Shown here: positions 1-11,897 of the stretch, one piece after another
Position numbering within the stretch: the stretch's first letter is position 1
How the letters are laid out: every line of letters begins with the position of its first letter
The notes under the pieces: generated by a model
Told to the model about the DNA's origin: nothing
The model's input: the letters and a program-made list of their open reading frames with translations, nothing else
Databases searched by the model: none
Translations under genes and position numbers: made by a program
Assembly (NCBI GenBank): GCA_035391465.1
Contig: DAOPKY010000007.1
Span: 19,847-83,846, forward strand
Direction: 5' to 3'
DNA from: Thiolinea sp.
Lineage (GTDB): Bacteria; Pseudomonadota; Gammaproteobacteria; Thiotrichales; Thiotrichaceae
Length of the DNA: 64,000 bases

Positions 1-111
1 TTTTTGTCGACCAGGGGCCTACGATGAAGCGTATTCAGCCTCGCGCCAAAGGTCGCGCCAACCGAATTTTGAAGCGTACCAGTCATATCACTGTGATGGT
101 CGGTGACTGAG
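1..111 (+). CDS. rplV: 50S ribosomal protein L22, 3' end only (gene starts upstream of window)
   Basis: Frame 1 reads [36 protein letters not shown], the conserved L22 C-terminus. It lies directly upstream of rpsC, as in the S10 operon. Confidence 0.85.
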
Positions 112-124
112 GTCGAGGTTTGAT

Positions 125-820
125 ATGGGTCAGAAAGTACATCCGATAGGCATGCGTCTGGGTATCGCCTCCGACTGGCGGTCCAAATGGTATGCAGAAG
201 GCAAAGACTACGCCAGTTTCCTGCACAAGGACCTGGAAGTGCGTGCCTACCTGAAGAAGCGGCTGAAGGAAGCATCAGTCAGTCGCATCCAGATTGAGCG
301 TCCGGCCAAGTCTGCGTTTATCACCATCCACACCGCCCGTCCGGGGATGGTGATTGGCAAAAAAGGTGAGGACATCGAGCGTCTGCGCCAGGAAGTGGCA
401 CAGATCATGGGGCTGCACGTCAATAATGTGAAGCTCAATATCGAAGAGATTCGCAAGCCCGAGCTGGATTCACAGCTGGTGGCTGAAAGTATCGCCAGTC
501 AGCTGGAGCGGCGCATCATGTTCCGTCGTGCCATGAAGCGTGCGGTGAGCAATGCCATGCGACTGGGTGCCCTGGGTATCAAGGTCAGTGTTTCCGGTCG
601 CCTGAACGGTGCGGAAATTGCCCGGACCGAGTGGTACCGTGAAGGCCGTGTACCACTGCATACCCTGCGTGCGGATATCGATTATGCCACCGCAGAAGCG
701 CTGACAACTTATGGCATCATCGGCATTAAGGTATGGATTTTCAAGGGCGAGGTTTTTGACCTTGAACAGAAGCAAGCAGCGAAACCGGGCAATAATCCGG
801 GTCGTGGCAAGAAGAAGTGA
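125..820 (+). CDS. rpsC: 30S ribosomal protein S3
   Basis: Translation [14 protein letters not shown]... with KH/S3-C motifs; canonical operon position. Confidence 0.97.
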   Translation: MGQKVHPIGMRLGIASDWRSKWYAEGKDYASFLHKDLEVRAYLKKRLKEASVSRIQIERPAKSAFITIHTARPGMVIGKKGEDIERLRQEVAQIMGLHVNNVKLNIEEIRKPELDSQLVAESIASQLERRIMFRRAMKRAVSNAMRLGALGIKVSVSGRLNGAEIARTEWYREGRVPLHTLRADIDYATAEALTTYGIIGIKVWIFKGEVFDLEQKQAAKPGNNPGRGKKK

Positions 821-832
821 TAGAGGTTTGAA

Positions 833-1246
833 ATGTTACAGCCCAAGAGAACGAAGTTCCGCAAGCAATTCAAAGGCCGTAACCGCGGTCTGGCCCAGGT
901 AGGTAACAAGGTCAGTTTCGGTGAGTACGGGTTGAAGGCAGTTGAACGCGGTCGCATGACGGCGCGCCAGATTGAGGCAGGTCGGCGTGCCATCAGTCGC
1001 CATGTGCGTCGTGGTGGGAAAATCTGGATTCGCGTGTTTCCGGACAAACCCATCAGCAAGAAGCCTTTGGAAGTCCGTATGGGTAAAGGTAAGGGTAACG
1101 TGGAATACTGGGTGGCCCAGATTCAGCCCGGCAGGGTACTGTTTGAGATGCAGGGTGTGCCGGAAGACGCTGCACGTGAGGCTTTTCGGCTGGCAGCGGC
1201 CAAACTGCCCTTCAAGACAACCTTTGTTACCCGTCAGGTGATGTAA
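833..1246 (+). CDS. rplP: 50S ribosomal protein L16
   Basis: [19 protein letters not shown]... is typical L16; follows rpsC. Confidence 0.97.
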   Translation: MLQPKRTKFRKQFKGRNRGLAQVGNKVSFGEYGLKAVERGRMTARQIEAGRRAISRHVRRGGKIWIRVFPDKPISKKPLEVRMGKGKGNVEYWVAQIQPGRVLFEMQGVPEDAAREAFRLAAAKLPFKTTFVTRQVM

Positions 1247-1449
1247 TGAAAGCAGCGGAATTACGCCAGAAATCGGCTGAAGAACTGAAGGCTGAATTGA
1301 CCGAGAACCTGCAGGAGCAGTTCAAGCTACGCATGCAGCAGGCTGCAGGCCAGTTGTCGCGCCCTTCAGAAATGAAGCGGGTACGTCGTGAAATTGCGCG
1401 CATCAGGACCCTGATGACAGAGCAAAAAAGTGCAGGTGAACAAGGATGA
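1246..1449 (+). CDS. rpmC: 50S ribosomal protein L29
   Basis: [18 protein letters not shown]... The start overlaps the rplP stop (TAATG). Confidence 0.95.
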   Translation: MKAAELRQKSAEELKAELTENLQEQFKLRMQQAAGQLSRPSEMKRVRREIARIRTLMTEQKSAGEQG

Positions 1450-1715
1450 GCGTAGAAGCAAGTGTAGAGCGCAGCCTGATGGGGCGGGTCGTCAGTGACA
1501 AGATGGATAAATCCATTGTCGTGCTGATGGAGCGTCAGATGATGCACCCCCTGTACGGGAAGTTTATTCGGCGTTCCAAGAAATATCACGTTCATGATGA
1601 AAACAACGAGTGCAAGGTTGGCGACGTTATCCTGTTCAAGGAGTGCCGTCCTCTTTCCAAGACCAAGCACTGGACTCTGATCAGGGTCGTTGAGCGTGCC
1701 CCCGATCAGGCTTAA
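1446..1715 (+). CDS. rpsQ: 30S ribosomal protein S17
   Basis: ...[14 protein letters not shown]...[19 protein letters not shown]... ATGA overlap with rpmC. Confidence 0.95.
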   Translation: MSVEASVERSLMGRVVSDKMDKSIVVLMERQMMHPLYGKFIRRSKKYHVHDENNECKVGDVILFKECRPLSKTKHWTLIRVVERAPDQA

Positions 1716-1730
1716 TGTGGAGAACAGTCA

Positions 1731-2099
1731 ATGATCCAGATGCAGTCAGTGCTACAGGTCGCGGACAATAGTGGTGCCAAGCGTGTCATGTGTATCAAGG
1801 TACTCGGCGGTTCGCACCGTCGCTATGCCCGTATCGGTGATGTAATCAAGGTCAGCATTAAAGATGCGATCCCGCGCGGCAAGGTTAAAAAAGGTGATGT
1901 ATACAACGCTGTTGTGGTGCGTACTGCCAGTGGTGTGCGTCGTCGTGACGGCTCGCTGATCCGCTTTGACGGTAATGCCGCTGTCCTGCTGAACAACAAG
2001 CTGGAGCCGATTGGTACACGTATTTTCGGGCCCGTGACCCGCGAGCTGCGCGGTGAGCGTTTCATGAAGATCATTTCACTGGCACCTGAGGTGCTGTAA
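1731..2099 (+). CDS. rplN: 50S ribosomal protein L14
   Basis: [28 protein letters not shown]... is highly conserved L14. Confidence 0.97.
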   Translation: MIQMQSVLQVADNSGAKRVMCIKVLGGSHRRYARIGDVIKVSIKDAIPRGKVKKGDVYNAVVVRTASGVRRRDGSLIRFDGNAAVLLNNKLEPIGTRIFGPVTRELRGERFMKIISLAPEVL

Positions 2100-2132
2100 G
2101 GCCGTCGGAACAGCAGGAACAGGTAGCAAGAG

Positions 2133-2447
2133 ATGCGCAAGATTCATAAAAATGATCAGGTGGTCATCATTACCGGTAAAGACAAGGGTCGCCGTGGTTC
2201 GGTAACTCAGGTTTTTGCTAATGGCAAGATTTTGGTTCAGGGCATTAATCTGGTGAAAAAGCACCAGAAGCCCAATCCGACACTGGGCGTTCAGGGCGGC
2301 ATTGTTGAGAAAGAAATGCCGCTGGATGTGTCCAATGTCATGCTGGTCAACCCTGCGACAGGCCAGGGAGACCGGGTTGGATTCAAGCTCCTGGAAGGGA
2401 AGAAGGTCCGTGTCTTTAAATCCAACGGTGAGCGTGTAGACGCTTGA
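2133..2447 (+). CDS. rplX: 50S ribosomal protein L24
   Basis: [22 protein letters not shown]... KOW motif; spc operon order. Confidence 0.95.
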   Translation: MRKIHKNDQVVIITGKDKGRRGSVTQVFANGKILVQGINLVKKHQKPNPTLGVQGGIVEKEMPLDVSNVMLVNPATGQGDRVGFKLLEGKKVRVFKSNGERVDA

Positions 2448-2457
2448 GGTTTTTTTA

Positions 2458-2997
2458 ATGTCAAGGTTACGGCAGTATTACCATGATACTGTGGTCGCAG
2501 AGCTGACCAGGAAGCATGGTTATCAAAATGTGATGGAAGTGCCAAAGATCACCAAAATTACCCTGAATATGGGGTTGGGCGAAGCTGTTGGCGACAAGAA
2601 GGTGGTTGAGCACGCGGTGGGTGACATGGCGAGTATTGCCGGTCAGAAACCGATCGTCACCATGACCCGTAAATCAATTGCCGGGTTCAAGATTCGTGAT
2701 GGCTGGCCAATTGGCTGTAAAGTAACCTTGCGCAGGGATCAGATGTACGAATTTCTGGATCGTCTGATCAATGTTTCCATACCTCGTATCCGCGATTTCC
2801 GGGGATTGAACCCGAAAGGATTTGATGGCCGTGGCAACTACAACATGGGTGTCAAGGAACAGATCATTTTTCCGGAAATTGATTACGACAAGATTGATGC
2901 ATTACGCGGTATGAATATCACCATTACCACCAATGCAAAAACTGACGAGGAGGGGCGGTCTCTGCTGGAGGCCTTCAAGTTCCCCTTTAAACAGTAA
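2458..2997 (+). CDS. rplE: 50S ribosomal protein L5
   Basis: Conserved L5 sequence ([10 protein letters not shown]..., [20 protein letters not shown]). Confidence 0.97.
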   Translation: MSRLRQYYHDTVVAELTRKHGYQNVMEVPKITKITLNMGLGEAVGDKKVVEHAVGDMASIAGQKPIVTMTRKSIAGFKIRDGWPIGCKVTLRRDQMYEFLDRLINVSIPRIRDFRGLNPKGFDGRGNYNMGVKEQIIFPEIDYDKIDALRGMNITITTNAKTDEEGRSLLEAFKFPFKQ

Positions 2998-3011
2998 GAG
3001 GATACGAGTTC

Positions 3012-3317
3012 ATGGCAAAGAAATCCATGATTGCCCGCGAGACCAAGCGCATCAAGGCTGTACAGAAATATGCTGCCAGGCGCGCCGAACTCAAGGCAAT
3101 CATCAACAATCCCCAGAGCAGCTATGAGGAAGTCATGGCCGCCAGCACCAAACTGCAAAAACTGCCGCGTGATGGCAGTGCCAGCCGGGTTCAGCGCCGC
3201 TGCAACCTGACCGGGCGTCCGCATGCGGTTTACCGCAAGTTTGGTTTGTGCCGCAACAAGCTGCGTGAAGCAGCCATGCGCGGTGATGTTCCCGGTTTGA
3301 CCAAGTCAAGCTGGTGA
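3012..3317 (+). CDS. rpsN: 30S ribosomal protein S14 (long, non-zinc form)
   Basis: [13 protein letters not shown]...[26 protein letters not shown]...SSW. Confidence 0.95.
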   Translation: MAKKSMIARETKRIKAVQKYAARRAELKAIINNPQSSYEEVMAASTKLQKLPRDGSASRVQRRCNLTGRPHAVYRKFGLCRNKLREAAMRGDVPGLTKSSW

Positions 3318-3331
3318 GGAGGGTTTAAAGC

Positions 3332-3727
3332 ATGAGTATGAGTGATCCGATTGCTGATATGCTGACCAGGATTCGCAATGCCCAGGGCGCGAACAAGGCC
3401 AGTGTTTCCTTCCCCTCTTCCAGAATGAAGAAAGCGGTTCTGGAAGTGCTGGCTGGCGAAGGCTATATCAATGGTTATCAGGTTGACGAGAATGGTGGCA
3501 AGCCGCTCATTTCCGTCAGTCTGAAGTATTTTCAGGGCAAGCCGGTCATCAGCCGCATCAGCCGTGCCAGTCGTCCCGGCCTGCGTGTATTCCGGGGCAA
3601 GGATGAGCTGCCGAAGGTCATGGGCGGTTATGGTATTGCCATCGTTTCGACTTCTTCCGGTGTCATGAGCGATCGTGCTGCACGTGCAGCCGGGCAGGGT
3701 GGCGAAGTCATCTGTTTGGTGGAATAA
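3332..3727 (+). CDS. rpsH: 30S ribosomal protein S8
   Basis: [16 protein letters not shown]... is the S8 signature. Confidence 0.95.
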   Translation: MSMSDPIADMLTRIRNAQGANKASVSFPSSRMKKAVLEVLAGEGYINGYQVDENGGKPLISVSLKYFQGKPVISRISRASRPGLRVFRGKDELPKVMGGYGIAIVSTSSGVMSDRAARAAGQGGEVICLVE

Positions 3728-3742
3728 GATAGGCGGGTTGTC

Positions 3743-4276
3743 ATGTCACGTATCGCAAAAAGGGGACTGTCAGTGCCGAAGGGCGTTGAAGTCAAAATCA
3801 ATGGTCAGCAGCTGAATATCAAGGGCGGCAAAGGGGCGTTTGACTTTGTCATGCATCAGGCCGTCGAGGTGATTCAGGATGGGAGCACGCTGAAGTTCAG
3901 CGCACGGGACAATGCTGAAAACGGCTGGGCCCAGGCAGGAACGGCCTGCTCACTGATCAGCAATATGGTCAGGGGCGTCAGCGAAGGCTTCGAGCGCAGG
4001 TTGCAGCTGGTCGGTATCGGTTATCGTGCCCAGGCTCAGGGCAACAAGCTCAATCTGTCACTGGGTTTTTCACATCCGGTTGTGCACGAGATGCCGCAGG
4101 GTGTGACAGTGGAAACCCCGAGTCAGACTGAAATTATTGTTCGCGGTATCGACAAGCAGAAGGTCGGGCAGGTGGCTGCCGACATTCGTGCTTACCGTCC
4201 GCCTGAGCCTTACAAAGGCAAAGGTGTCAAGTATGCCGACGAAACCGTTGTCCGTAAGGAAGCCAAAAAGAAGTAA
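3743..4276 (+). CDS. rplF: 50S ribosomal protein L6
   Basis: [22 protein letters not shown]...; spc operon order. Confidence 0.95.
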   Translation: MSRIAKRGLSVPKGVEVKINGQQLNIKGGKGAFDFVMHQAVEVIQDGSTLKFSARDNAENGWAQAGTACSLISNMVRGVSEGFERRLQLVGIGYRAQAQGNKLNLSLGFSHPVVHEMPQGVTVETPSQTEIIVRGIDKQKVGQVAADIRAYRPPEPYKGKGVKYADETVVRKEAKKK

Positions 4277-4286
4277 GGTGGCATAA

Positions 4287-4640
4287 ATGGATAAGAAAGC
4301 AAGCCGTATCCGGCGCAGCAAACGTTCACGCAGCAAGATGCGTGAGTTGCAGGTCAACCGTCTGTGTGTCCATCGTACACCGCGCCATATCTATGCCCAG
4401 ATCATTGCTCCGTCAGGGGACCGTGTTCTGGCTGCTGCTTCTACGGTCGAAAAGGAGCTGCGGGCAGGCGAAGCCTATACCGGTAATGCGGTCTCTGCTG
4501 CAGCCGTTGGCAAACTGATTGCCGAGCGTGCCCGTGCGCAGGGTGTCGAGTCGGTGGCATTTGATCGTTCTGGTTTCAAGTATCATGGCCGTATCAAGGC
4601 GCTGGCGGATGCCGCGCGTGAAGCCGGCCTGAAGTTTTAA
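4287..4640 (+). CDS. rplR: 50S ribosomal protein L18
   Basis: ...[16 protein letters not shown]...[27 protein letters not shown]. Confidence 0.95.
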   Translation: MDKKASRIRRSKRSRSKMRELQVNRLCVHRTPRHIYAQIIAPSGDRVLAAASTVEKELRAGEAYTGNAVSAAAVGKLIAERARAQGVESVAFDRSGFKYHGRIKALADAAREAGLKF

Positions 4641-4652
4641 AGGTTCTAGACA

Positions 4653-5162
4653 ATGGCAAAGCCAGAAAATACAACAGCCGGAGCTGACGGCCTGCAGGAA
4701 AAACTGGTACACGTCAACCGTGTATCCAAAGTGGTCAAAGGTGGCCGTATCTTCAGTTTTACCGCCCTGACCGTGGTTGGGGACGGCAATGGCAAGGTCG
4801 GTTTCGGCTATGGCAAGGCACGTGAAGTACCGGCTGCGATTCAGAAGGCCATGGAGCAGGCGCGCAAAAGCCTGGTTAATGTGGCACTGGTAGATGGTAC
4901 CCTGCAATACCCGATTCGCCACTCTGTCGGTGCTGCCACCGTGTACATGCAGCCGGCCTCTGAGGGTACCGGTGTTATTGCCGGTGGTGCCATGCGTGCC
5001 GTGCTTGAGGTTGCCGGTGTGCGTAATGTACTGTCCAAGTGCATAGGCACCCGTAATCCGGGGAATGTGGTACGTGCAACCATTGCCGGTCTGGCTGCCA
5101 TGCATGACCCGGAAATGATTGCCGCCAAGCGTGGCAAGACCGTTGAAGAAATCAAGGCCTGA
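4653..5162 (+). CDS. rpsE: 30S ribosomal protein S5
   Basis: ...[34 protein letters not shown]... is the S5 signature. Confidence 0.96.
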   Translation: MAKPENTTAGADGLQEKLVHVNRVSKVVKGGRIFSFTALTVVGDGNGKVGFGYGKAREVPAAIQKAMEQARKSLVNVALVDGTLQYPIRHSVGAATVYMQPASEGTGVIAGGAMRAVLEVAGVRNVLSKCIGTRNPGNVVRATIAGLAAMHDPEMIAAKRGKTVEEIKA

Positions 5163-5176
5163 AAACGGAGATTGTC

Positions 5177-5365
5177 ATGTCTGACGCAAAACAAGTAAAA
5201 CTGACGCTGGTGCGCAGCTTGAATGGCCGTCTTAAGAGTCATCAGCATTGCGCCAGAGGTCTGGGAATCCGCAGGATCAACACACCGGTTGTCGTCACTG
5301 ACACGCCGGAAAACCGTGGCATGATCAACAAGATTTCCTACATGCTGAAAGTAGAGGAAGCCTGA
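5177..5365 (+). CDS. rpmD: 50S ribosomal protein L30
   Basis: 62-aa ORF (...[29 protein letters not shown]...) between rpsE and rplO. Confidence 0.9.
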   Translation: MSDAKQVKLTLVRSLNGRLKSHQHCARGLGIRRINTPVVVTDTPENRGMINKISYMLKVEEA

Positions 5366-5366
5366 A

Positions 5367-5801
5367 ATGAAATTGAATACCCTGAGTCCGGCTCCGGGCA
5401 GCCGCAAGGCCAGGACCCGTGTCGGACGCGGTATCGGCTCCGGTCTGGGCAAGACTGCCGGTCGTGGCCACAAGGGCCAGAAATCCCGTGCCGGTGGTTT
5501 CCACAAGGTAGGGTTTGAAGGTGGGCAGATGCCGTTGCAGCGCCGCCTGCCCAAAATGGGTTTCCAGTCCCGGATCGGACTGCGCTCGGCAGAAGTTCGC
5601 CTGAATGAGCTGGCCAAGGTTGAAGGCGGTGAAATTACGCTGGAATCCCTTAAAGCAGCCGGTGTTATTGATGCCCGCTCCCTGCAGGCCAAGATTATCC
5701 TGTCCGGCAGCATTGAGCAGAGCGTCACCATCAAGGGCGTTGGCGTGAGCAAAGGCGCACGTGCAGCCATTGAAGCCGCTGGCGGCAAAATCGAGGAATA
5801 A
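5367..5801 (+). CDS. rplO: 50S ribosomal protein L15
   Basis: [41 protein letters not shown]... Confidence 0.95.
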   Translation: MKLNTLSPAPGSRKARTRVGRGIGSGLGKTAGRGHKGQKSRAGGFHKVGFEGGQMPLQRRLPKMGFQSRIGLRSAEVRLNELAKVEGGEITLESLKAAGVIDARSLQAKIILSGSIEQSVTIKGVGVSKGARAAIEAAGGKIEE

Positions 5802-5809
5802 TTAATAAT

Positions 5810-7180
5810 ATGGCCAAGGCACCCTCCGCAATGGGCTCGTTTGGCGGGCTGGGAAACATCGTTGAAATCCGTCAGCGCCTGTTATTTGTGCTGATGGCAT
5901 TGATTGTCTACCGTATCGGTACATTCATCCCGGTTCCCGGGGTGAACCCTGAGGTCATGAACCAGTTCTTTAACCAGAACAGTGGTACCATCCTCGGGGT
6001 TTTCAACATGTTTTCGGGTGGTGCCCTGGAGCGCTTCAGTATTTTCGCGCTCGGCATCATGCCGTATATTTCGGCTTCCATCATCATCCAGCTGCTGGCA
6101 ACCGTGGTACCCACGCTGGAGCAGTTGAAGAAGGAAGGCGAAGCCGGACGGCGTAAAATTACCCAGTACACCCGTTATGGGACTGTAGCGCTGGCTTTGT
6201 TCCAGAGTATCGGGGTATCGATTGCGCTGGGTGGGCAGGCTGCCGGTGGTGGTGAGACAGTTGCCATCAATCCCGGTATCGGCTTTATCATCACCACGGT
6301 AGTGACCTTGGTAACAGGTACCCTGTTCCTGATGTGGCTGGGTGAGCAGATCACCGAGCGGGGTATTGGTAATGGTATCTCGCTGATCATTTTTGCCGGT
6401 ATCGTGGCCGGACTGCCCCGTGCCGTCGGTGGTACGCTGGAGTTGGCCCGTAATGGTGAGTTGCCGCCTGCCTTTGTCATTATCCTGATTGCACTGATTT
6501 TCCTGGTGACGGCGTTTGTGGTCTTTGTTGAGCGTGGGCAGCGCCGTATTACGGTGAACTATGCACGTCAGCAGGGAGCGATGGGCGGTCGTCAGCGGGG
6601 GCAGGGTGGTCAGCCCAGTTTCCTGCCGTTGAAGCTGAACATGGCCGGGGTTATTCCGCCGATTTTTGCATCCAGCATTATCCTGTTTCCCAGTACCATA
6701 GGGCACTGGTTCAGCAGTACGGATGGCAGCAGCACCCTGCTTTCCCAGTTTTTCAGCATGTTGCAGCCGGGGCATCCACTGTATGTCATCTTTTATGCCG
6801 TTGCGATTATCTTCTTCAGCTTTTTCTACACGGCACTGGTGTTCAATGCACGCGAAACGGCTGACAACCTGAAAAAGGCGGGCGCTTTCATTCCGGGTAT
6901 CCGTCCGGGTGAACAGACAGCCAAGTACATTGATGGTGTCATGACGCGCCTGACGGGTGTGGGTGCACTGTACATGACCCTGGTTTGCCTGTTGCCGGAG
7001 TTTCTGATTCTGGGCTGGAACGTACCCTTTTATTTCGGTGGGACATCATTGTTGATTATTGTGGTTGTGGTTATGGACTTTCTGGCCCAGTTGCAGTCAC
7101 ACATGATGTCGCATCAGTATGAAGGCTTGATGAAGAAAGCCAATTTCAGGTCGCAGACACGCCCTGGAACTTTACGCTGA
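5810..7180 (+). CDS. secY: Preprotein translocase subunit SecY
   Basis: 456-aa polytopic membrane protein with conserved SecY motifs ([37 protein letters not shown]). Confidence 0.97.
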   Translation: MAKAPSAMGSFGGLGNIVEIRQRLLFVLMALIVYRIGTFIPVPGVNPEVMNQFFNQNSGTILGVFNMFSGGALERFSIFALGIMPYISASIIIQLLATVVPTLEQLKKEGEAGRRKITQYTRYGTVALALFQSIGVSIALGGQAAGGGETVAINPGIGFIITTVVTLVTGTLFLMWLGEQITERGIGNGISLIIFAGIVAGLPRAVGGTLELARNGELPPAFVIILIALIFLVTAFVVFVERGQRRITVNYARQQGAMGGRQRGQGGQPSFLPLKLNMAGVIPPIFASSIILFPSTIGHWFSSTDGSSTLLSQFFSMLQPGHPLYVIFYAVAIIFFSFFYTALVFNARETADNLKKAGAFIPGIRPGEQTAKYIDGVMTRLTGVGALYMTLVCLLPEFLILGWNVPFYFGGTSLLIIVVVVMDFLAQLQSHMMSHQYEGLMKKANFRSQTRPGTLR

Positions 7181-7200
7181 TTGATTGTGAGGATGAATTC

Positions 7201-7314
7201 ATGAAGGTTAGAGCTTCAGTAAAGAAAATGTGCCGTCACTGCCGGGTTATCCGTCGGGATGGCGTTGTCCGGGTAATTTGTTCTGATCCGCGCCACAAGC
7301 AGCGCCAGGGCTGA
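7201..7314 (+). CDS. rpmJ: 50S ribosomal protein L36 (zinc-ribbon form)
   Basis: Not in the ORF track (37 aa). I read [37 protein letters not shown] from ATG 7201, with the C-x2-C...C-x4-H motif. It is in the usual position after secY. Confidence 0.9.
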   Translation: MKVRASVKKMCRHCRVIRRDGVVRVICSDPRHKQRQG

Positions 7315-7365
7315 TCTGCTTACGACAAAAACAGATTGTTTTCCCTGCCTGCGGGGAAGACCTTG

Positions 7366-7398
7366 AATAACCTCTGCCTGAAGCAGGGGTTATTTGTT
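7366..7398 (+). terminator. Candidate intrinsic terminator/attenuator after rpmJ
   Basis: 12-bp stem AATAACCTCTGC / GCAGGGGTTATT (one U-G pair) with a 5-nt loop, followed by a T-rich TGTT tail. Confidence 0.45.
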
Positions 7399-7425
7399 GA
7401 TAAATCATTGAGGTTGCGGCATAAT
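7397..7425 (+). promoter_or_regulatory. Candidate sigma-70 promoter of the alpha operon (rpsM)
   Basis: TTGATA (7397-7402), 17-nt spacer, CATAAT (7420-7425), about 35 nt upstream of the rpsM ATG. Confidence 0.5.
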
Positions 7426-7460
7426 CGCCGGCTTTCTCAAGAATCTGGAGAATGGTTTAG

Positions 7461-7817
7461 ATGGCTCGTATTGCGGGTATTAATCTTCCTGTAAATAAAC
7501 ATGCAGTCATAGGATTGACTGCGATTTACGGCATAGGCTCAACACGATCCCAGGCGATCTGCAAGGCTGCGGGTATTGATCCCGGCACCAAAATCCGTGA
7601 CCTGAACGAGGATGAGTTGGAGCGTGTGCGTGCCGAAGTGGCCAAATTCATGGTTGAAGGTGACCTTCGTCGTGAAATTTCCATGAACATCAAGCGTTTG
7701 ATGGATATGGGCTGCTATCGTGGCATTCGTCACCGTCGTGGTCTGCCGGTTCGTGGTCAGCGTACCAAGACCAATGCACGTACACGGAAAGGCCCACGCC
7801 GTCCGATTCGCAAGTAA
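7461..7817 (+). CDS. rpsM: 30S ribosomal protein S13
   Basis: [26 protein letters not shown]... Confidence 0.97.
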   Translation: MARIAGINLPVNKHAVIGLTAIYGIGSTRSQAICKAAGIDPGTKIRDLNEDELERVRAEVAKFMVEGDLRREISMNIKRLMDMGCYRGIRHRRGLPVRGQRTKTNARTRKGPRRPIRK

Positions 7818-7840
7818 TCAGGTTTACAGGATAAAATTTT

Positions 7841-8248
7841 ATGGCAAAACAGCCAAGAAAAGGGAATGCTGGAGCAACCACCCGCAAAAAAGTCAAAAAG
7901 TCGGTGACTGACGGCGTTGCACACGTTTATGCCTCCTTCAATAACACGATCGTTACCATTACGGACCGGCAGGGCAATGCCCTGACTTGGGCAACTGCCG
8001 GTGGTTCCGGTTTCCGTGGTTCACGCAAAAGTACGCCGTTTGCAGCCCAGGTTGCTGCCGAGCGTGCCGGTAATGCAGCCAGGGAATATGGCCTCAAAAA
8101 TCTGGATGTGGAAATCAGCGGTCCGGGACCGGGACGTGAGTCTGCTGTGCGGGCACTGCATAATGTTGGCTACAAGATCGCCAATATCACGGATGTGACT
8201 CCGATACCGCACAACGGTTGTCGTCCGCCCAAGAAGCGTCGTGTGTAA
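7841..8248 (+). CDS. rpsK: 30S ribosomal protein S11
   Basis: ...[46 protein letters not shown]... Confidence 0.97.
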   Translation: MAKQPRKGNAGATTRKKVKKSVTDGVAHVYASFNNTIVTITDRQGNALTWATAGGSGFRGSRKSTPFAAQVAAERAGNAAREYGLKNLDVEISGPGPGRESAVRALHNVGYKIANITDVTPIPHNGCRPPKKRRV

Positions 8249-8264
8249 CGGGGAGTAGTTAATC

Positions 8265-8885
8265 ATGGCAAGATATATTGGACCCGTCTGTAAACTGAGC
8301 CGGCGTGAAGGTACGGATCTGTACCTGAAAAGCCGTGGTAATCCGCTGGAGAAGAAGTGCAAGCTGGACAAGGTTCCCGGCATGCATGGCGAGCGTCGTG
8401 GTCGCCTGTCCGACTATGGTGTGCAGCTGCGTGAAAAGCAGAAAGTCCGCCGCATTTACGGCATTCTGGAGAAGCAGTTTCGCAACTATTACAAGAAAGC
8501 CGCCAGCCGCAAGGGTTCCACCGGCGTCATTCTGCTGCAATTGCTGGAGTCCCGGCTTGATAATGTGGTCTACCGCATGGGCTATGGCTCCACCCGCGCC
8601 GAAGCCCGTCAGCTGGTCAGCCACAAGGCCATCAAGGTCAATGACAAGATCGTCAATATCGCCTCTTATCAGGTTCAGCCCGGTGATGTAGTTTCCGTGC
8701 GTGAGCGTGCCAAAAAGCAGGCCCGGATTCAGGATGCCATTGCGGTTGCCGAACAGCTGGGTTTCCCGGAGTGGGTTTCGGTGGATTCCAAAGCGCTGGA
8801 AGGAACCTTCAAGGCGGTTCCGGACCGGGCTGAACTGCCGGCTGAAATCAATGAATCACTGATTGTGGAATTGTATTCCAAGTAA
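8265..8885 (+). CDS. rpsD: 30S ribosomal protein S4
   Basis: [23 protein letters not shown]... Confidence 0.97.
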   Translation: MARYIGPVCKLSRREGTDLYLKSRGNPLEKKCKLDKVPGMHGERRGRLSDYGVQLREKQKVRRIYGILEKQFRNYYKKAASRKGSTGVILLQLLESRLDNVVYRMGYGSTRAEARQLVSHKAIKVNDKIVNIASYQVQPGDVVSVRERAKKQARIQDAIAVAEQLGFPEWVSVDSKALEGTFKAVPDRAELPAEINESLIVELYSK

Positions 8886-8929
8886 CAAGTCATCCGTGAT
8901 CTGTTTCATACAATCCAACGGGAACTAGC

Positions 8930-9934
8930 ATGACCTCGAAAACGATTGATTTACTGAAACCCCGCAACGTTCATGTGGAGGAGCTGGGGCATAATACCTC
9001 CCGCATCACCCTTGAGCCGCTGGAGCGGGGTTTTGGACATACCCTGGGTAATGCACTTCGCCGTATCCTGTTGTCTTCCATTCCTGGCAGTGCGGTGACC
9101 GAGGTGCAGATTGCCGGCGTGGTACATGAGTACACGTCCATTGAGGGGGTGCAGGAGGATGTGGTTGAAATCCTGCTCAACCTGAAAAAGCTGGCGGTGA
9201 GGCTCAATGCCCGTGAAGAAGCGACGCTGGTACTGAAAAAATCCGGTATTGGCCCGGTAAAGGCCAAGGACATCAGCCTGGATCATGATGTGGAAGTCAT
9301 TGATCCGGAATTTGTCATCGCCAATATCACCAAAGCGGATGTCGAGTTGGAGATGAACCTGACCCTTACCAGTGGTCGGGGTTATCAGCCAGCCTCTGTG
9401 CGCCGTGGTCCGGACTCGCCCGAGCTGCCGCTGGGCACGCTGGTACTGGATGCCAGCTACAGCCCGATTCTCCGGGTTGCCTATACGGTTGACAGTGCGC
9501 GTGTCGAGCAGCGTACCGACATGGACAAGCTGATCATCGAGATTGTCACTGATGGCTCTGTCGATGCGGAAGAAGCCCTGAGCATGTCTGCCCAGATTCT
9601 GCAGCAACAGCTGGCGGTATTCTTCGACCTGCATATTGAAGAGCCGAGCCGTCCGGAACGTAATGAGCCGGAAATTGATCCGATCCTGATGCGCCCGGTG
9701 GATGATCTGGAACTGACGGTACGTTCTGCCAACTGCCTCAAGGCAGAAAACCTGTTCTATATTGGTGATCTGGTGCAGCGTACCGAGACCGAGCTGCTCA
9801 AGACGCCCAACCTGGGCAAGAAATCCCTGACCGAGATCAAGGATGTACTGGCCCAGAACGGACTGACACTGGGCACCAAACTCGAAAACTGGCCACCAGC
9901 CGGTCTTGATCACAAAGACAGTAAAGTGGGCTGA
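8930..9934 (+). CDS. rpoA: DNA-directed RNA polymerase subunit alpha
   Basis: 334 aa with conserved N-terminal domain ([23 protein letters not shown]) and C-terminal domain ([25 protein letters not shown]). Confidence 0.97.
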   Translation: MTSKTIDLLKPRNVHVEELGHNTSRITLEPLERGFGHTLGNALRRILLSSIPGSAVTEVQIAGVVHEYTSIEGVQEDVVEILLNLKKLAVRLNAREEATLVLKKSGIGPVKAKDISLDHDVEVIDPEFVIANITKADVELEMNLTLTSGRGYQPASVRRGPDSPELPLGTLVLDASYSPILRVAYTVDSARVEQRTDMDKLIIEIVTDGSVDAEEALSMSAQILQQQLAVFFDLHIEEPSRPERNEPEIDPILMRPVDDLELTVRSANCLKAENLFYIGDLVQRTETELLKTPNLGKKSLTEIKDVLAQNGLTLGTKLENWPPAGLDHKDSKVG

Positions 9935-9962
9935 ATGCTTTCAGCCCCGCAAGGATTAGAAC

Positions 9963-10340
9963 ATGCGTCATCGTAAAACCGGTCGTCAATTTAACCGCAA
10001 CAGCAGCAGCCGCAAGGCCCTGCTGCAGAGCCTGACCAACTCACTGTTGCGTTATGAAGCTATTAAAACCACCTTGCCCAAGGCCAAGGATCTGCGTCGG
10101 GTTGCCGAGCCGCTGATCACGCGTGCCAAGCAGGACTCCGTACACAACCGTCGTATCGCCTTTGCCCGTTTGCGGGATGATGAAGTGGTTGCCAAGCTGT
10201 TTACCGAGCTGGGGCCGCGTTATCAGGATCGTCCGGGCGGCTATCTGCGTATCATCAAATGCGGTCATCGTGCCGGTGACAATGCACCGATGGCCTATGT
10301 GTCGCTGGTGGGTGGTGCAGGCGAAGCGGTAGCCGAATAA
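9963..10340 (+). CDS. rplQ: 50S ribosomal protein L17
   Basis: [24 protein letters not shown]...; last gene of the alpha operon. Confidence 0.96.
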   Translation: MRHRKTGRQFNRNSSSRKALLQSLTNSLLRYEAIKTTLPKAKDLRRVAEPLITRAKQDSVHNRRIAFARLRDDEVVAKLFTELGPRYQDRPGGYLRIIKCGHRAGDNAPMAYVSLVGGAGEAVAE

Positions 10341-10366
10341 GGCTGCTTTGTCTTGGGCCTGAGCAG

Positions 10367-10400
10367 AAAAGCCGGTACTAAAACCGGCTTTTTTGTTGTT
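10367..10400 (+). terminator. Intrinsic terminator after rplQ
   Basis: Stem AAAAGCCGGT / ACCGGCTTTT with a 6-nt loop, running into TTTTGTTGTT. Confidence 0.7.
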
Positions 10401-10480
10401 GTGTCCGGGTTTGAGTAATCTCATGGTTTTTCCGGGTGTCGGGTTTAAACTGACAGGTTTGGCTTTCGGGGTGGGATGAC

Positions 10481-10870
10481 ATGCAACAGCAAGGTAAGGT
10501 GGTAAGCGCTGACAGCTCACGCAAGTCGGCACGGGTTTTCTATTATGGCAACCTTCTGGCGGTCATCGTCCCGTTTCCGTTTTTCATTCTCTGGTTTGGT
10601 GCATCCATGTTCGTGTATGCCATGTTCCGTCACCACCCCAACCCCAGAGTGGGCTATTATACCCAGGTTGCGGCTTATCAGTATTACGGACTGGCGGGAG
10701 CGTTGGTGCCGATACTGACCTTTGCCCCCGGTGATTTTTTTATGAAGTACTGGCTGTACCTGTGGGTGGCAGCCGCTGCTGTCCTGATTCCCCTGGCCGT
10801 GATTCAGCTGCGCAGGATCAACCGCGAGCCATGGCAGGATGCGATATTACCAAGTGAGGATGCGAGATGA
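10481..10870 (+). CDS. Hypothetical small integral membrane protein (3-4 predicted TM helices), translationally coupled to bioB
   Basis: 129-aa ORF with long hydrophobic runs. Its stop overlaps the bioB ATG (ATGA at 10867-10870). I do not recognise the family with confidence. Confidence 0.55.
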   Translation: MQQQGKVVSADSSRKSARVFYYGNLLAVIVPFPFFILWFGASMFVYAMFRHHPNPRVGYYTQVAAYQYYGLAGALVPILTFAPGDFFMKYWLYLWVAAAAVLIPLAVIQLRRINREPWQDAILPSEDAR

Positions 10871-11838
10871 GTGAACTGCGTCATGACTGGCGGGTGGAAG
10901 AGGTCGAGGCTTTACTGGCACTGCCTTTCAATGATCTGCTATTCCAGGCCCATCAGGTGCATCGGGCCAGTTTTCCGGCCAACCAGGTCCAGGTCAGTAC
11001 CCTGCTGAGCATCAAGACCGGAGCCTGTCCGGAGGATTGTGGCTATTGCTCCCAGAGTGCCCGGTACGATACCAGTCTGGAGCGTGAGCGCCTGCTGCCG
11101 CTGCAGGAAGTTGTGCATTCGGCACAGGCAGCGAAGGACAGCGGTGCCACACGCTTCTGCATGGGGGCAGCCTGGCGTAATCCGACCGATAAAAATCTGG
11201 AAAAAGTGATCGAGATGGTGCAGGCGGTCAAGGCGCTGGGTATGGAGACCTGTGTCACTCTCGGCATGCTGACGGGCACTCAGGCTCAGCGCCTCAAACA
11301 GGCCGGACTGGATTACTACAATCATAATCTGGATACCTCACCGGAGTTTTATGGTCAGGTGATCACAACACGCACCTATCAGGATCGTCTTGACACCTTG
11401 GATCATGTGCGTGAAGCCGGAATCCATGTCTGTGCCGGCGGCATTCTGGGACTGGGCGAAACCCGGCGTGACCGTGCCCGTCTGCTGCAGCAGCTGGCCA
11501 ATCTCAAGGTGCATCCGGAATCCGTGCCGATTAATGAGCTGGTGCGTATCGAGGGTACCCCCATGGCGGATAATCCCAAACTGGATGCGCTGGAGTTTGT
11601 ACGCACCATCGCAGTGGCACGCATCATGATGCCGGCCTCTTATGTGCGCCTCTCTGCCGGGCGTACGGAAATGAGTGACGAGGTACAGGCCTGGTGCTTT
11701 TTTGCCGGGGCCAACTCGATATTCTATGGTGAGCGCCTGCTGACTACCGATAATCCGGGGCAGAATCATGACACGGCACTGTTTGCGCGGCTGGGCATTG
11801 TGCCGGAACCGGGCCGGACGGCGCAGGTGCCCATGTAA
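10867..11838 (+). CDS. bioB: Biotin synthase (radical SAM)
   Basis: [11 protein letters not shown] radical-SAM cysteine motif and a BioB-like sequence throughout. Confidence 0.95.
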   Translation: MSELRHDWRVEEVEALLALPFNDLLFQAHQVHRASFPANQVQVSTLLSIKTGACPEDCGYCSQSARYDTSLERERLLPLQEVVHSAQAAKDSGATRFCMGAAWRNPTDKNLEKVIEMVQAVKALGMETCVTLGMLTGTQAQRLKQAGLDYYNHNLDTSPEFYGQVITTRTYQDRLDTLDHVREAGIHVCAGGILGLGETRRDRARLLQQLANLKVHPESVPINELVRIEGTPMADNPKLDALEFVRTIAVARIMMPASYVRLSAGRTEMSDEVQAWCFFAGANSIFYGERLLTTDNPGQNHDTALFARLGIVPEPGRTAQVPM

Positions 11839-11897
11839 CAAAACCAGGTCGTGCTTTTAACTGCAAGGTAGCTGCGCATACATTCAGGGTCTCCATC

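Noticed and set aside
4841-5788. Long antisense ORFs in the track. Examples: 4841..5788 (315 aa), 8951..9913 (320 aa), 16253..17221 (322 aa), 25825..26661 (278 aa), 41117..42244 (375 aa), 46169..47104 (311 aa).
   Set aside because: Each lies opposite a strongly conserved, confidently identified gene. They are Arg/Pro/Gly/His-rich with no recognisable motifs and lack RBSs. These are typical shadow frames of GC-rich coding DNA.
11839-11897. Possible oriC next to gidA (mnmG).
   Set aside because: The spacer is only 59 nt, with no DnaA-box cluster or AT-rich 13-mers.
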